A DNA stretch of 64,000 nucleotides, taken from Desulfobacterales bacterium (GTDB lineage: Bacteria; Desulfobacterota; Desulfobacteria; Desulfobacterales; UBA5852). Positions 11,379 to 20,319 of the stretch are shown here, one piece after another. The position numbers were made by a program, and so were the translations under genes. The notes below the pieces were generated by a model that was not told where the DNA came from, ran no database searches, and saw only the letters and a program-made list of their open reading frames with translations. How positions within the stretch are numbered: position 1 is the stretch's first letter; each line of letters opens with the position of its first letter. The stretch is taken from contig CAXXVS010000003.1 of the NCBI GenBank assembly GCA_963674755.2, forward strand, positions 640,001 to 704,000, in the 5' to 3' direction.

Positions 11379-12461
11379 CTATGCTTCGGTGAAATCGGCC
11401 GGCGGGCTTTGCAGCAGCGGCCGGAAGCGCCCTTTATCATTGGCTTTCATGTAGGCCTCATCGGCGCTGATCATTCCCTTGTTCAAAAGATCCATGATGG
11501 CATCGTCCAGGAGCATCATGCCGTAGCGTTTCCCGGTTTGGATCATCGAAGGGATCTGATGCGTTTTGCCCTCGCGGATGAGATTACGCACCGCCGCGGT
11601 GGCAATCAGAATTTCCAGGGCGACACAGCGGCCTTTGATGTCGATCCGTTTAAACAGCACTTGGGCCACGATAGCCCGCAGGCCATCCGACAGGGTCGAG
11701 CGGATCTGGGCCTGCTGGTCATGCGGAAAGACTTCGATGATGCGGTCGACGGTCTTGGGCGCACTGGGCGTATGCAGGGTGGCAAAGACCAGATGCCCGG
11801 TGGAGGCGGCCTCGATGGCCAGGGACATGGTTTCAAGGTCGCGCATTTCCCCCACCAGAATAATATCGGGGTCTTCACGCAAGGCCCCCCGCAAGGCTGC
11901 CGAAAAGGTTTTGGTATGCAGGCCGACTTCGCGATGGTTGACGATGCAGGACTGGCTTTGGTGCACGAATTCGATGGGGTCTTCGATGGTGATGATGTGG
12001 TCCTTGCGTGTACGGTTGGCCTCATCCACAATAGCGGCCAGGGTTGTGGACTTACCGGAACCGGTGGGGCCGGTGACGAGCACCAGTCCCCGGGGCAGCG
12101 ATGCCAGTTTAGAGAGAACGGGGGGCAGGCCCAGCTGCTCGCAGGTCATGATGGTGTCCGGAATTTCGCGGAAGACGGCCGAGACGCCATTTTTCTGCAT
12201 GAAAAAATTACAACGGTAGCGGGCCAACCCAGGTATCTCGTAGCCAAAATCGATATCACCGGTTTCTTCGAAGACCTTGATTTTGTCTTCCGGGGTTATT
12301 TCATACAGCATGCCCCGTAAATCATCGCTGTTGAGACGTTTGTATTTGATGCGCTCGATCTCGCCGCGAATTCGCAGGGCCGGCTGTTGACCGGCAGCCA
12401 GATGGAGGTCGGAAGCGCCCTGTTCATTGAGGAGCTTAAAAAAGGCATCGATTTTGGCCAT
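11379..12461 (-). CDS. pilT: Type IV pilus retraction ATPase PilT
   Basis: GPTGSGKST, TIEDPIE, ALREDPDIILVGEMRD, AVRNLIRE motif. Confidence 0.93.
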   Translation of the reverse strand: MAKIDAFFKLLNEQGASDLHLAAGQQPALRIRGEIERIKYKRLNSDDLRGMLYEITPEDKIKVFEETGDIDFGYEIPGLARYRCNFFMQKNGVSAVFREIPDTIMTCEQLGLPPVLSKLASLPRGLVLVTGPTGSGKSTTLAAIVDEANRTRKDHIITIEDPIEFVHQSQSCIVNHREVGLHTKTFSAALRGALREDPDIILVGEMRDLETMSLAIEAASTGHLVFATLHTPSAPKTVDRIIEVFPHDQQAQIRSTLSDGLRAIVAQVLFKRIDIKGRCVALEILIATAAVRNLIREGKTHQIPSMIQTGKRYGMMLLDDAIMDLLNKGMISADEAYMKANDKGRFRPLLQSPPADFTEA

Positions 12462-12571
12462 GCATATCTCCTGATGGGGGTGTGCGGGGATTCAACCAGG
12501 GGGCCGGATCGTGTTCAACAGTCTGATTTCTGCCTATCTTTAATCAGCAATGGAAAGATGGACATCGATGG

Positions 12572-13078
12572 TCAGGTGCTGCTGTTGCTGAGAATGGCCA
12601 CCTTGGCATCTTGGTCATCGGCGACTTGCATGCTTTCCCGGCTGATTTTTAGCAGTTTCGCGTGCGCTTCGATGATGGCATTGATTTCGACCTCGATCTG
12701 CACGCGCTGCCGTCTGAGTTCCGTGATATCGCCCTGGAGTTGATTTAACCGGTTCTGCGCACGGTGGACAATCTTATCGCCTTTGATCTCGGCTTCCGCG
12801 ACAATCAATTCGGCCTGCTTTTCGGCATTTTCCCTCATGTTGTCCAAGACTTTTTGGGAATGAATCATGGCCCGCTTGAAAGTTTCTTCCCGCTTTTTCA
12901 AGCCCTGGCTCTCCCGTCGCAGGCGCAGAATTTCTTCTTTGAGGGTTTCGTTTTCACGATGCAGTTGTTCGAACGTATTGGCCATCTGTTCGAGAAACAA
13001 ATCGACTTCCCGCACATCGAAGCCACGAAACCGCATACTAAACTGCTGCTGCTGGATATCGAGAGGAGTAAGTTTCAT
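12572..13078 (-). CDS. DivIVA domain protein
   Basis: LTPLDIQQQQFSMRFRGFDVREVDLFL followed by a coiled coil. Confidence 0.92.
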   Translation of the reverse strand: MKLTPLDIQQQQFSMRFRGFDVREVDLFLEQMANTFEQLHRENETLKEEILRLRRESQGLKKREETFKRAMIHSQKVLDNMRENAEKQAELIVAEAEIKGDKIVHRAQNRLNQLQGDITELRRQRVQIEVEINAIIEAHAKLLKISRESMQVADDQDAKVAILSNSST

Positions 13079-13098
13079 AACCGCCTCCTATAAGGGCG

Positions 13099-13404
13099 TC
13101 ATCGCAACGGCAAACTCTGCGACAGATGGAGCAGATAATTCACCACAAAGTTTTGTAAAAAAATGATGATGAGAAAAACAATAACCGGAGAAAAATCGAT
13201 ACCACTGAAACTGACCGGCAGGCGGCGGCGTATCTGGGAGAGAACCGGTTCGGTGATGTTGTATATGACGCGCACGATAGGATTATAAGGATCCGGGCTT
13301 ACCCACGATAGAACAGCACGGGCGATAATGATCCACATGTAAAGGGTCAGCACAATGTTCAGTACGGTGGCCAAGGCCCCTAAAAAATAGCTGAGCAACG
13401 TCAT
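13099..13404 (-). CDS. yggT: YggT family membrane protein
   Basis: LSWVSPDPYNPIV...ITEP...IDFSP motif. Confidence 0.92.
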   Translation of the reverse strand: MTLLSYFLGALATVLNIVLTLYMWIIIARAVLSWVSPDPYNPIVRVIYNITEPVLSQIRRRLPVSFSGIDFSPVIVFLIIIFLQNFVVNYLLHLSQSLPLR

Positions 13405-13880
13405 GATCTCCTGATTTTTGTGGCCTATCCCGCGCGATCGCGCGCCGGTGGGCCGGATTTACAGAGCAGTAAATTAACTTCATCAATCTTGACGATAATC
13501 GTCAATAAGTCAAGGGTTTTCCGTGGTATGGGCCTGCCCGCCCAGCTTTGGCAAGAGTCTGCAGCGGGCTAGTCTGACGTGCTTTTGCGGTTGCCCGGGA
13601 TGCCGCCCGGCGGGAAGCCCCTCGCCCATCTGAAAGGCCGCTATGGAAGCCGATTCGGATGGAACGATCCCTGGACCAACAAACCCCATTAGCGAAGATC
13701 CTCACTGAAGGCCATAGGGTCATGCGGGGCGCCTATCGGCCCATCTTGATCGCGGGTTCGTCAAATCCATGACGTGGTTTGTCACATTGCTTGACAAAAT
13801 TTGTCAAACGGTCCAAACAGAAAAGAAGGTCGTTTGCTATTACTACTTGATATTCAAGTCAATACAGGCATCCTTGCGCT

Positions 13881-13896
13881 CGGCATGTATCTTGCT
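13881..13896 (+). promoter_or_regulatory. Putative sigma-54 (-24/-12) promoter for ccdA-thioredoxin
   Basis: CGGCATGTATCTTGCT with exact GG-N10-GC spacing; palindromic candidate activator sites about 90-110 bp upstream. Confidence 0.65.
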
Positions 13897-13999
13897 CTGA
13901 CTATCAATCCGAAGATATGTGTTTTCGGTTGAGCGGCCGGAGCAATCCCCCGAGACGTATCAAACACCGACGGATGCCGTTACTACCGAAAGTAGCCTT

Positions 14000-14719
14000 A
14001 TGTTGGACGTAACCATTACCTATCCGGCAGCCTTTTTCGCCGGGCTATTGTCCTTTTTTTCGCCATGTATACTGCCCCTCATACCGGCCTACTTTACTTT
14101 CATAACCGGCTTGTCGCTGGACGAGTTGACCAGTGCCAAGGCGGGGCGTATTCGCCGGCGGGTCATCATGGCAACCATGGCCTTCGGTCTGGGGTTTTCG
14201 CTGATTTTCATCCTTCTGGGCGCTTCGGCATCCTTCCTGGGCGGGTTGGCGGCACGTTACGATCAAGTATTCCGGGTGACCGGCGGGCTTCTGATCATTG
14301 TTTTCGGTTTGCACCTGACGGGGCTTTGCCGGCTGCCGTTTCTCGAGGTGGAGAAAAGGGTTCAGATCCGGGAAAAGCCGGCCCATGTTCTCGGAACCGT
14401 CCTGGTGGGGATGGCGTTCGGGGCCGGCTGGAGCCCTTGTATCGGTCCCATGCTGGGCTCTATTCTGATTGTGGCGGGCAGCGAGGAATCGGTTCTGCAG
14501 GGTGTCGGTCTGCTGACCGTCTATTCCGCCGGGTTATGGATACCATTTCTGGTGATGTCGGTGTTCATCAATATGATGCTGGGATTTCTCCAAAGGACCC
14601 GGCGAATTTTAAAATTTATCAACGTGGCGGCCGGTACGCTGCTGATCGCACTGGGGATCGCGCTGGTCCTTGATCGTTTCAGCATGCTCTGGTCGTTGAT
14701 TGCGCCGGCGGCCGGCTGA
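14000..14719 (+). CDS. ccdA: CcdA/DsbD-family thiol-disulfide membrane transporter
   Basis: SFFSPCILPLIP and GWSPCIGPML motifs, about six TM helices; start at ATG 14000. Confidence 0.92.
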   Translation: MLDVTITYPAAFFAGLLSFFSPCILPLIPAYFTFITGLSLDELTSAKAGRIRRRVIMATMAFGLGFSLIFILLGASASFLGGLAARYDQVFRVTGGLLIIVFGLHLTGLCRLPFLEVEKRVQIREKPAHVLGTVLVGMAFGAGWSPCIGPMLGSILIVAGSEESVLQGVGLLTVYSAGLWIPFLVMSVFINMMLGFLQRTRRILKFINVAAGTLLIALGIALVLDRFSMLWSLIAPAAG

Positions 14720-14770
14720 CACCCGCTTCCGCTTGTAGAGCGGAGAAATTTCATGTCAGAGGTGTTACTC

Positions 14771-15202
14771 ATGAAGAAATCATTCTTATTGATCCCTGTT
14801 CTGATCATCATGTTGTGCCTGTCCGGAAGCGTGGTCTTGGCAGGTAAGAAGGGCCAGGCCGACCACATCAATTGGTATAACTACAAGCAGGGCATGTCGC
14901 TGGCGAAAAAGCAGCACAAACGGGTCTACCTCCATTTTTACACCGATTGGTGCAACTATTGTAAAGAGATGAAGCAGACCACCTTTCGCAACCCTTCCGT
15001 CATCAAGCTGCTCAATAATGAGTTTATTGCTATCCGTGTGAATACCAACGAGGAAACGAAGGTCGCCGGCCAGTATCATATCCGACCGGTACCGGATAAT
15101 TGGTTTTTATCGGAAGACGGCACGAAGTTGCGTAATTTCCTAGGCTACTATGAAGCCGAACAGTTCGTAACCGTCCTGCGCTATGTAAACGAACAATTGT
15201 AG
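14771..15202 (+). CDS. Exported thioredoxin-family protein
   Basis: Signal peptide, WCNYC motif, cis-Pro loop (RPVP); follows ccdA. Confidence 0.88.
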   Translation: MKKSFLLIPVLIIMLCLSGSVVLAGKKGQADHINWYNYKQGMSLAKKQHKRVYLHFYTDWCNYCKEMKQTTFRNPSVIKLLNNEFIAIRVNTNEETKVAGQYHIRPVPDNWFLSEDGTKLRNFLGYYEAEQFVTVLRYVNEQL

Positions 15203-15309
15203 ACGAGGGGATGGCGGGGCTTTAACGCCAATGATCATGAATAGGCTGTGGGGGGCCGGTCGCCACAGCCGGCCGGGCCCCTGCCGTGCCGGGAGCACAA
15301 AGCAGCACG

Positions 15310-15567
15310 CTATCGTGACAAGCGGTCCAAATAGCGGCGAAGCATCCGAATCATAATCGATCCGATGACGCCCAGTCCCAGCATGACCAGCAACAGCGGG
15401 ACCCACACATAGGCGGCAAAAGACGGGGTTTGCAAGGCCACATTAACGCCGGCGCCGCCGAATAGAACCACGGCCAACAGGAAGCCGATTAGAATCCAGC
15501 AGGTCCGCGTGGAATCGTACCATGGGATGATGGCTTTCCTGAAAACGGGGTTTTTATCCTGATGCAT
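15310..15567 (-). CDS. Small two-TM hypothetical membrane protein
   Basis: MHQDKNPVFRKAIIPWYDS followed by two hydrophobic helices. Confidence 0.7.
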   Translation of the reverse strand: MHQDKNPVFRKAIIPWYDSTRTCWILIGFLLAVVLFGGAGVNVALQTPSFAAYVWVPLLLVMLGLGVIGSIMIRMLRRYLDRLSR

Positions 15568-15675
15568 CGCTGAAGCGTTCACCTTGACGTGCGGTTGAGT
15601 TGGCATTATGGGTTTAGGCAGTTATTGCAACTGGCATAAAACCCATCAAAATGCAAGCTACGGAGTGTCTTGCCA

Positions 15676-16569
15676 ATGAAACCAACCGCGCGAAGCGCCG
15701 GCGCCCTTCTGTCTGTTCTAACCTTTTTCCTGCTTATCTGCTGTACAACGATGCCGAAGCAATTAACCATCAAAAACACCGGCGCCACCTTTCCGGCGGG
15801 GACGATCATTGCCGCCCGCACCGGCCAGCCGATCACCTTTGAAGCGCTGCTGGAAGCGTTGGGCGGCGTCCGCGTGATCTATGTTGGCGAAACCCATACC
15901 AATCGCGAACACCATCTCATACAGACCCGCCTGATCGAAGCCTTGCATGACGCGCGGCCGGATCTTTCCGTTGGTATGGAGATGTTCGATCATCGTTATG
16001 ACCCGGTGCTGGCACTATGGAGCGCCGGTGAGCTTGACCGCGAGGCCTTTATCGAAAAAACCCATTGGTATGCACGCTGTGCCGGGTGGGGATTTCCGTT
16101 CGATCTTTATGCCCCCATTTTTGATGCCATCAAGGCCGATGGCATACGACTCGTGGGGTTGAATGTTCCCTTCTGGATTCCGTCCGAAATCAAAGCCGGC
16201 GGACTGGCCAGCCTGCTGCCCGACGAACGGCGGATGGTGGCCGCGGAGGTCGATACCGGCAATACGGCGCACCGCGCCTACCTAGAATCGGTCTTCCAGG
16301 AAAGTGCCCATCACCATATGCAGTCATCCTTCGCTTTTTTTTATGAAGCGCAGTGTGCCTGGGAGGATACCATGGCGCAATCGATTGCCCGCAAGCTTGG
16401 CAACGGCGCCATGGTGGTCGTGATTGGCAACGGCCATATCCAATACAAATACGGCGTTCCCGAGCGTGCTTACAAACGCAACCCCGTGCCGTTTCGCACC
16501 ATCTACCTGGCGGCCACCGGGTCGGAAGTTGATCTCGATCTGGCGGACTATATTTGGGTGACGCCCTGA
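15676..16569 (+). CDS. ChaN-family lipoprotein
   Basis: Signal peptide ending in Cys, YVGETH, VGMEMF, AQCAWEDTMA, GNGH. Confidence 0.85.
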   Translation: MKPTARSAGALLSVLTFFLLICCTTMPKQLTIKNTGATFPAGTIIAARTGQPITFEALLEALGGVRVIYVGETHTNREHHLIQTRLIEALHDARPDLSVGMEMFDHRYDPVLALWSAGELDREAFIEKTHWYARCAGWGFPFDLYAPIFDAIKADGIRLVGLNVPFWIPSEIKAGGLASLLPDERRMVAAEVDTGNTAHRAYLESVFQESAHHHMQSSFAFFYEAQCAWEDTMAQSIARKLGNGAMVVVIGNGHIQYKYGVPERAYKRNPVPFRTIYLAATGSEVDLDLADYIWVTP

Positions 16570-16618
16570 TCGATTCTGACCGGCAATCCCTATTGCTTGA
16601 AGAGTATCATGTCAAAAT

Positions 16619-16663
16619 AACAATATAGAGTTATTTTATGTTGACATGCCACAATATATTGTG
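16619..16663 (+). promoter_or_regulatory. Tandem NrdR boxes overlapping the nrdD promoter
   Basis: AACAATATAGAGTT (16619) and perfect palindrome CACAATATATTGTG (16650), 31 bp apart, flanking TTGACA at 16641. Confidence 0.85.
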
Positions 16664-16883
16664 TACTACCCACCACGATTGATTGCTTACTAAGTTTTTT
16701 CCTTTTATTCGCACCCTCCCATGCCGGCTATTGTTTGCTGAACATCGCCATCGGATACGGCCTTTTAATGGCATTAACCGTATCCTGAAAGTCTTCCCAT
16801 GAAGCAAGCTTGCGCTAAACGTCGGTATCCTTTTTCCAGGAGGGACATCGTACGATTATTCCATACCAGCGGAGTTTCATCCC

Positions 16884-19058
16884 ATGTTTGAAACAATTCG
16901 GAAGCGGGACGGGCGTATTCTGGAATTCGATTCCTCCCAGATTACCCGGGCGATCACCAAGGCGGGGGAGGCTACGGAGGAGTTTGGCGCCCGGGAGGCG
17001 CGCAAGCTGACCTTGCGGGTGCTGACCCTGGCCCATGAGTTGCGACTGGGGCCCCAACCCACGGTGGAAGCGATTCAGGATATCGTCGAGCGGGTCTTGC
17101 TGGATTCCCCGTTTTACCGTTCCGCCAAAGCCTACATATTATATCGCGAGCAGCATGCCCAGATCAGGCAAATGGCCACCAAGGCCAATGTCGACCTCGT
17201 GGAGCACTATATCCGCAAGTTGGACTGGAAGGTGAAGGAAAACAGCAATATGTCCTATTCCCTCCAGGGTCTCAACAACTATATTTCATCGGATGTTACC
17301 ACCGAATACTGGCTCAACCGCATCTATCCGCCCGAGATACGCCAGGCGCATCGCGAGGGCGACATGCATATCCATGACCTCAGTCTGCTGTCCGTCTACT
17401 GTGTGGGATGGGATTTGAAGGATCTGCTGGTGCAGGGGTTTCAGGGCGTGGCAGGCAAGGTGGAAAGTGCCCCGCCTAAGCACCTGCGATCGGCACTAGG
17501 CCAGATCGTCAATTTTTTCTATACCCTGCAAGGCGAGGCGGCCGGTGCGCAGGCGCTGTCCAATTTTGACACCCTTCTGGCCCCCTTCGTGCGGTATGAC
17601 GGTTTGGACTACGGGGAGGTCAAGCAGGCGCTCCAGGAATTCGTTTTCAATATCAATATTCCGACACGGGTCGGCTTTCAGACACCGTTTACCAACATTA
17701 CGATGGATCTGGTGGTGCCGTCCATCCTGAAAGATCACCCGGTGATTGTGGGAGGGATACCCCGCCCCGAGACGTATGCCGATTTTCAGGCGGAAATGAA
17801 TCTGATCAACCGGGCCTTTGCGGACGTGATGATGGCGGGTGATGCCCGCGGGCGCGTCTTCACTTTTCCCATCCCGACCTATAACATCACGGAAGCGTTT
17901 GACTGGGACAACCGGGAACTGGATCCCATCTGGAAAATGACCGGGAAATACGGCATTCCTTATTTTTCCAATTTTGTGAATTCGGACATGTCGCCGGACG
18001 ACGCCCGTTCCATGTGCTGCCGGCTGCGGCTGGACAACCGGGAGCTCTGGAAACGGGGCGGCGGCCTTTTTGGCGCCAATCCCCTGACCGGCTCCATCGG
18101 TGTGGTAACGATCAACCTGCCCCGCATTGGCTATTTGGCCGAGAGTGAAACGGATTTTTTTGACCGGCTCGATCATCAGGTCGGCCTGGCCCGGGACAGC
18201 CTGACCATCAAGCGTAAAGTGCTGGAGCAGTTTACCCGGCAAAACCTTTATCCCTACGCCAAGTTTTACCTGCGAGATGTCAAGGCCGGGGCCGGGCTCT
18301 ACTGGAAGAACCATTTTGCCACCATCGGCCTGGTCGGCATGAATGAGGCCTGCCTTAATTTCCTGGGCGAAGCGATCGGCAACCCTGCCGGGAGATCTTT
18401 CGCCTTGCAGGTAATGGACCACCTGCGTGGATTGATGGCCGACATTCAGGAAGAGACCGGCGATCTGTTCAACCTGGAAGCCACCCCGGCTGAAGGCACT
18501 TCCTATCGTTTGTGCCGGCTCGATAAGAAGAAATATCCGGATATCCGTTGCGCCAATGAAGACGACTACCGCCAGGGGGCGGCACCTTACTACACCAATT
18601 CGACCCAGCTTCCGGTCAACTACACCGATGATCTTTTCGAGACGCTGATCCACCAGGACGATCTCCAGGCCAAATACACCGGCGGTACGGTCCAGCATCT
18701 TTTCCTGGGGGAAATGGTGGAAGATATCGATACCGTCAAGAACCTGGTGCGCAAAGTCACCGGTCGGTTCCGACTGCCCTACTTTACCCTGACGCCCACC
18801 TTCAGCGTGTGCCCCTCCCACGGCTATTTGAAGGGGGAGCAGCCGGAATGCCCCCATTGCCGAGAGGCCACCGAAGTCTATTCCCGGGTTGTGGGCTATC
18901 TCCGACCGGTCAAACAATGGAATGACGGCAAGCAGGCTGAATATGCCAACCGACGGCCGTTTGACTGGCAGCCCTCTACGGAAGCCAGCGAAAGCTCCGG
19001 CGACCTGCCATCACCCAATCCGCCTGTCCCGCAACGGGTGAAGGCGGTTGCTTCCTAA
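16884..19058 (+). CDS. nrdD: Anaerobic (class III) ribonucleoside-triphosphate reductase
   Basis: ATP cone, SMCCRL, ATPAEG, C-terminal CxxH/CxxC and RVVGYL glycyl-radical motif. Confidence 0.96.
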   Translation: MFETIRKRDGRILEFDSSQITRAITKAGEATEEFGAREARKLTLRVLTLAHELRLGPQPTVEAIQDIVERVLLDSPFYRSAKAYILYREQHAQIRQMATKANVDLVEHYIRKLDWKVKENSNMSYSLQGLNNYISSDVTTEYWLNRIYPPEIRQAHREGDMHIHDLSLLSVYCVGWDLKDLLVQGFQGVAGKVESAPPKHLRSALGQIVNFFYTLQGEAAGAQALSNFDTLLAPFVRYDGLDYGEVKQALQEFVFNINIPTRVGFQTPFTNITMDLVVPSILKDHPVIVGGIPRPETYADFQAEMNLINRAFADVMMAGDARGRVFTFPIPTYNITEAFDWDNRELDPIWKMTGKYGIPYFSNFVNSDMSPDDARSMCCRLRLDNRELWKRGGGLFGANPLTGSIGVVTINLPRIGYLAESETDFFDRLDHQVGLARDSLTIKRKVLEQFTRQNLYPYAKFYLRDVKAGAGLYWKNHFATIGLVGMNEACLNFLGEAIGNPAGRSFALQVMDHLRGLMADIQEETGDLFNLEATPAEGTSYRLCRLDKKKYPDIRCANEDDYRQGAAPYYTNSTQLPVNYTDDLFETLIHQDDLQAKYTGGTVQHLFLGEMVEDIDTVKNLVRKVTGRFRLPYFTLTPTFSVCPSHGYLKGEQPECPHCREATEVYSRVVGYLRPVKQWNDGKQAEYANRRPFDWQPSTEASESSGDLPSPNPPVPQRVKAVAS

Positions 19059-19073
19059 GGGAGGCCGGAGATC

Positions 19074-19769
19074 ATGATGCATATCGGTGGTCTGCAAAAG
19101 GTATCGATGATCGACTATCCGGGCAAGTTGAGTGCCGTCCTGTTCCTGAGCGGCTGCAATTTTCATTGTCCCTATTGCCATAACCCCGATCTGGCCGCCG
19201 GTACAGCCGGAGCGCGGATTGCCGAGGGAGACGTTATGGCCTACCTCGATGCCCGCCGGAACCTACTGGAGGGCGTCGTTATTTCCGGTGGAGAACCCAC
19301 CCTGCAGCCGGAATTGCCGGATTTGTGTCGCGCCCTCAAGGCCCGCGGATACGCCGTCAAGCTGGATACCAACGGCAGCTTGCCTGAGATGTTACAGACC
19401 CTCATCCAGGATCGGCTCATCGATTGCATCGCCATGGATGTGAAAACCGATCCGGATCGCTACGCCCCGGTATTATGCGCGCCGGATCCGGCGCCGGCCA
19501 TCAAGGCGAGCATCGAGTTGATCATGCGCTCCGGACTGCCATACGAGTTTCGGACCACCTGTTTTAGGCCGCTGATAAGCGCCATGACCATGGGGCGGAT
19601 CGCCTCTTTCATTAAAGGCGCAAAGGCCTATGCAATCCAGAAGTTTTATGCTAAGAAAACCCTTGATCCCGATGCGGGATCGACAAGGGACCATTTTTTT
19701 GACGACAACGAATTGTGGCACCTGAAAGCGATTGCTGAACCGATGGTTGAGTACTGCTTCGTGCGATGA
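19074..19769 (+). CDS. nrdG: Class III RNR activating radical SAM protein
   Basis: GCNFHCPYCHNP, SGGEP, KLDTNG, YEFRTT. Confidence 0.94.
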   Translation: MMHIGGLQKVSMIDYPGKLSAVLFLSGCNFHCPYCHNPDLAAGTAGARIAEGDVMAYLDARRNLLEGVVISGGEPTLQPELPDLCRALKARGYAVKLDTNGSLPEMLQTLIQDRLIDCIAMDVKTDPDRYAPVLCAPDPAPAIKASIELIMRSGLPYEFRTTCFRPLISAMTMGRIASFIKGAKAYAIQKFYAKKTLDPDAGSTRDHFFDDNELWHLKAIAEPMVEYCFVR

Positions 19770-19843
19770 CGTTGCTCCTGCGAATCCTGACCTGATACCG
19801 ACATTTCCAGCGCTTCTCCTGCGATCCGTTTTCGTCAAAGACA

Positions 19844-19879
19844 GACGGCCCGGGTATCCCCCCCGGGCCGTCCCTTTTT
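19844..19879 (+). terminator. Rho-independent terminator after nrdG
   Basis: GACGGCCCGGG-7 nt-CCCGGGCCGTC followed by a T tract. Confidence 0.75.
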
Positions 19880-20020
19880 GAGGGGCGCCGGACGTCATCT
19901 GAGACGCGCGGACCGGTGTTGCCGGCGGTGACGAAATGCTCACGTACCGGGGTACGCTCCCCTTCCGCCACCCCCCGGCGCCTTGGCCGCACCCCTCAGC
20001 CAACGCCCTGCGACCCTCAA
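19878..20020 (+). repeat. Long imperfect palindromic repeat, family 1 copy 1
   Basis: TTGAGGGGCGC...GCGACCCTCAA termini; internal GTGTTGCCG / GCTCACGTAC-loop-GTACGCT / CGGCGCCTTG. Confidence 0.75.
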
Positions 20021-20111
20021 ATTTGTCAGAGCAGACCTGCCCTAACACCCCTGATGCCTTGCCCAGGCCCATAACCTGATCCCTTGCCAGCCGGAAAACC
20101 GTTTTTATAAT

Positions 20112-20155
20112 AAAAAACCGGCCCGTGCATCAAATGATGCGCGGGCCGGTTTTTT
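20112..20155. terminator. Bidirectional terminator between convergent nrdG and nrdJ
   Basis: AAAAAA-CCGGCCCGTGCATCA-loop-TGATGCGCGGGCCGG-TTTTTT. Confidence 0.85.
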
Positions 20156-20177
20156 GATTTGTCCGACAAATTGCCCC

Positions 20178-20319
20178 AAAACGGGTTTGGGGATTCAGAT
20201 CATGTTCCAGGACAAGGCGTGGAGTGGCTTTGAAAGCGCAGCGTACTTCTGTACGTGAGCATTCAAAGCCGCTTCACAACGCCGGCATGGGGCATGAGAT
20301 GGATTCACAAACCCGTTTT
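20178..20319 (-). repeat. Long imperfect palindromic repeat, family 1 copy 2
   Basis: AAAACGGGTTTG...CAAACCCGTTTT termini; reverse strand has GCGTTG / GCTCACGTAC-AGAA-GTACGCTGCGC / CGCCTTG; abuts the nrdJ stop. Confidence 0.8.
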
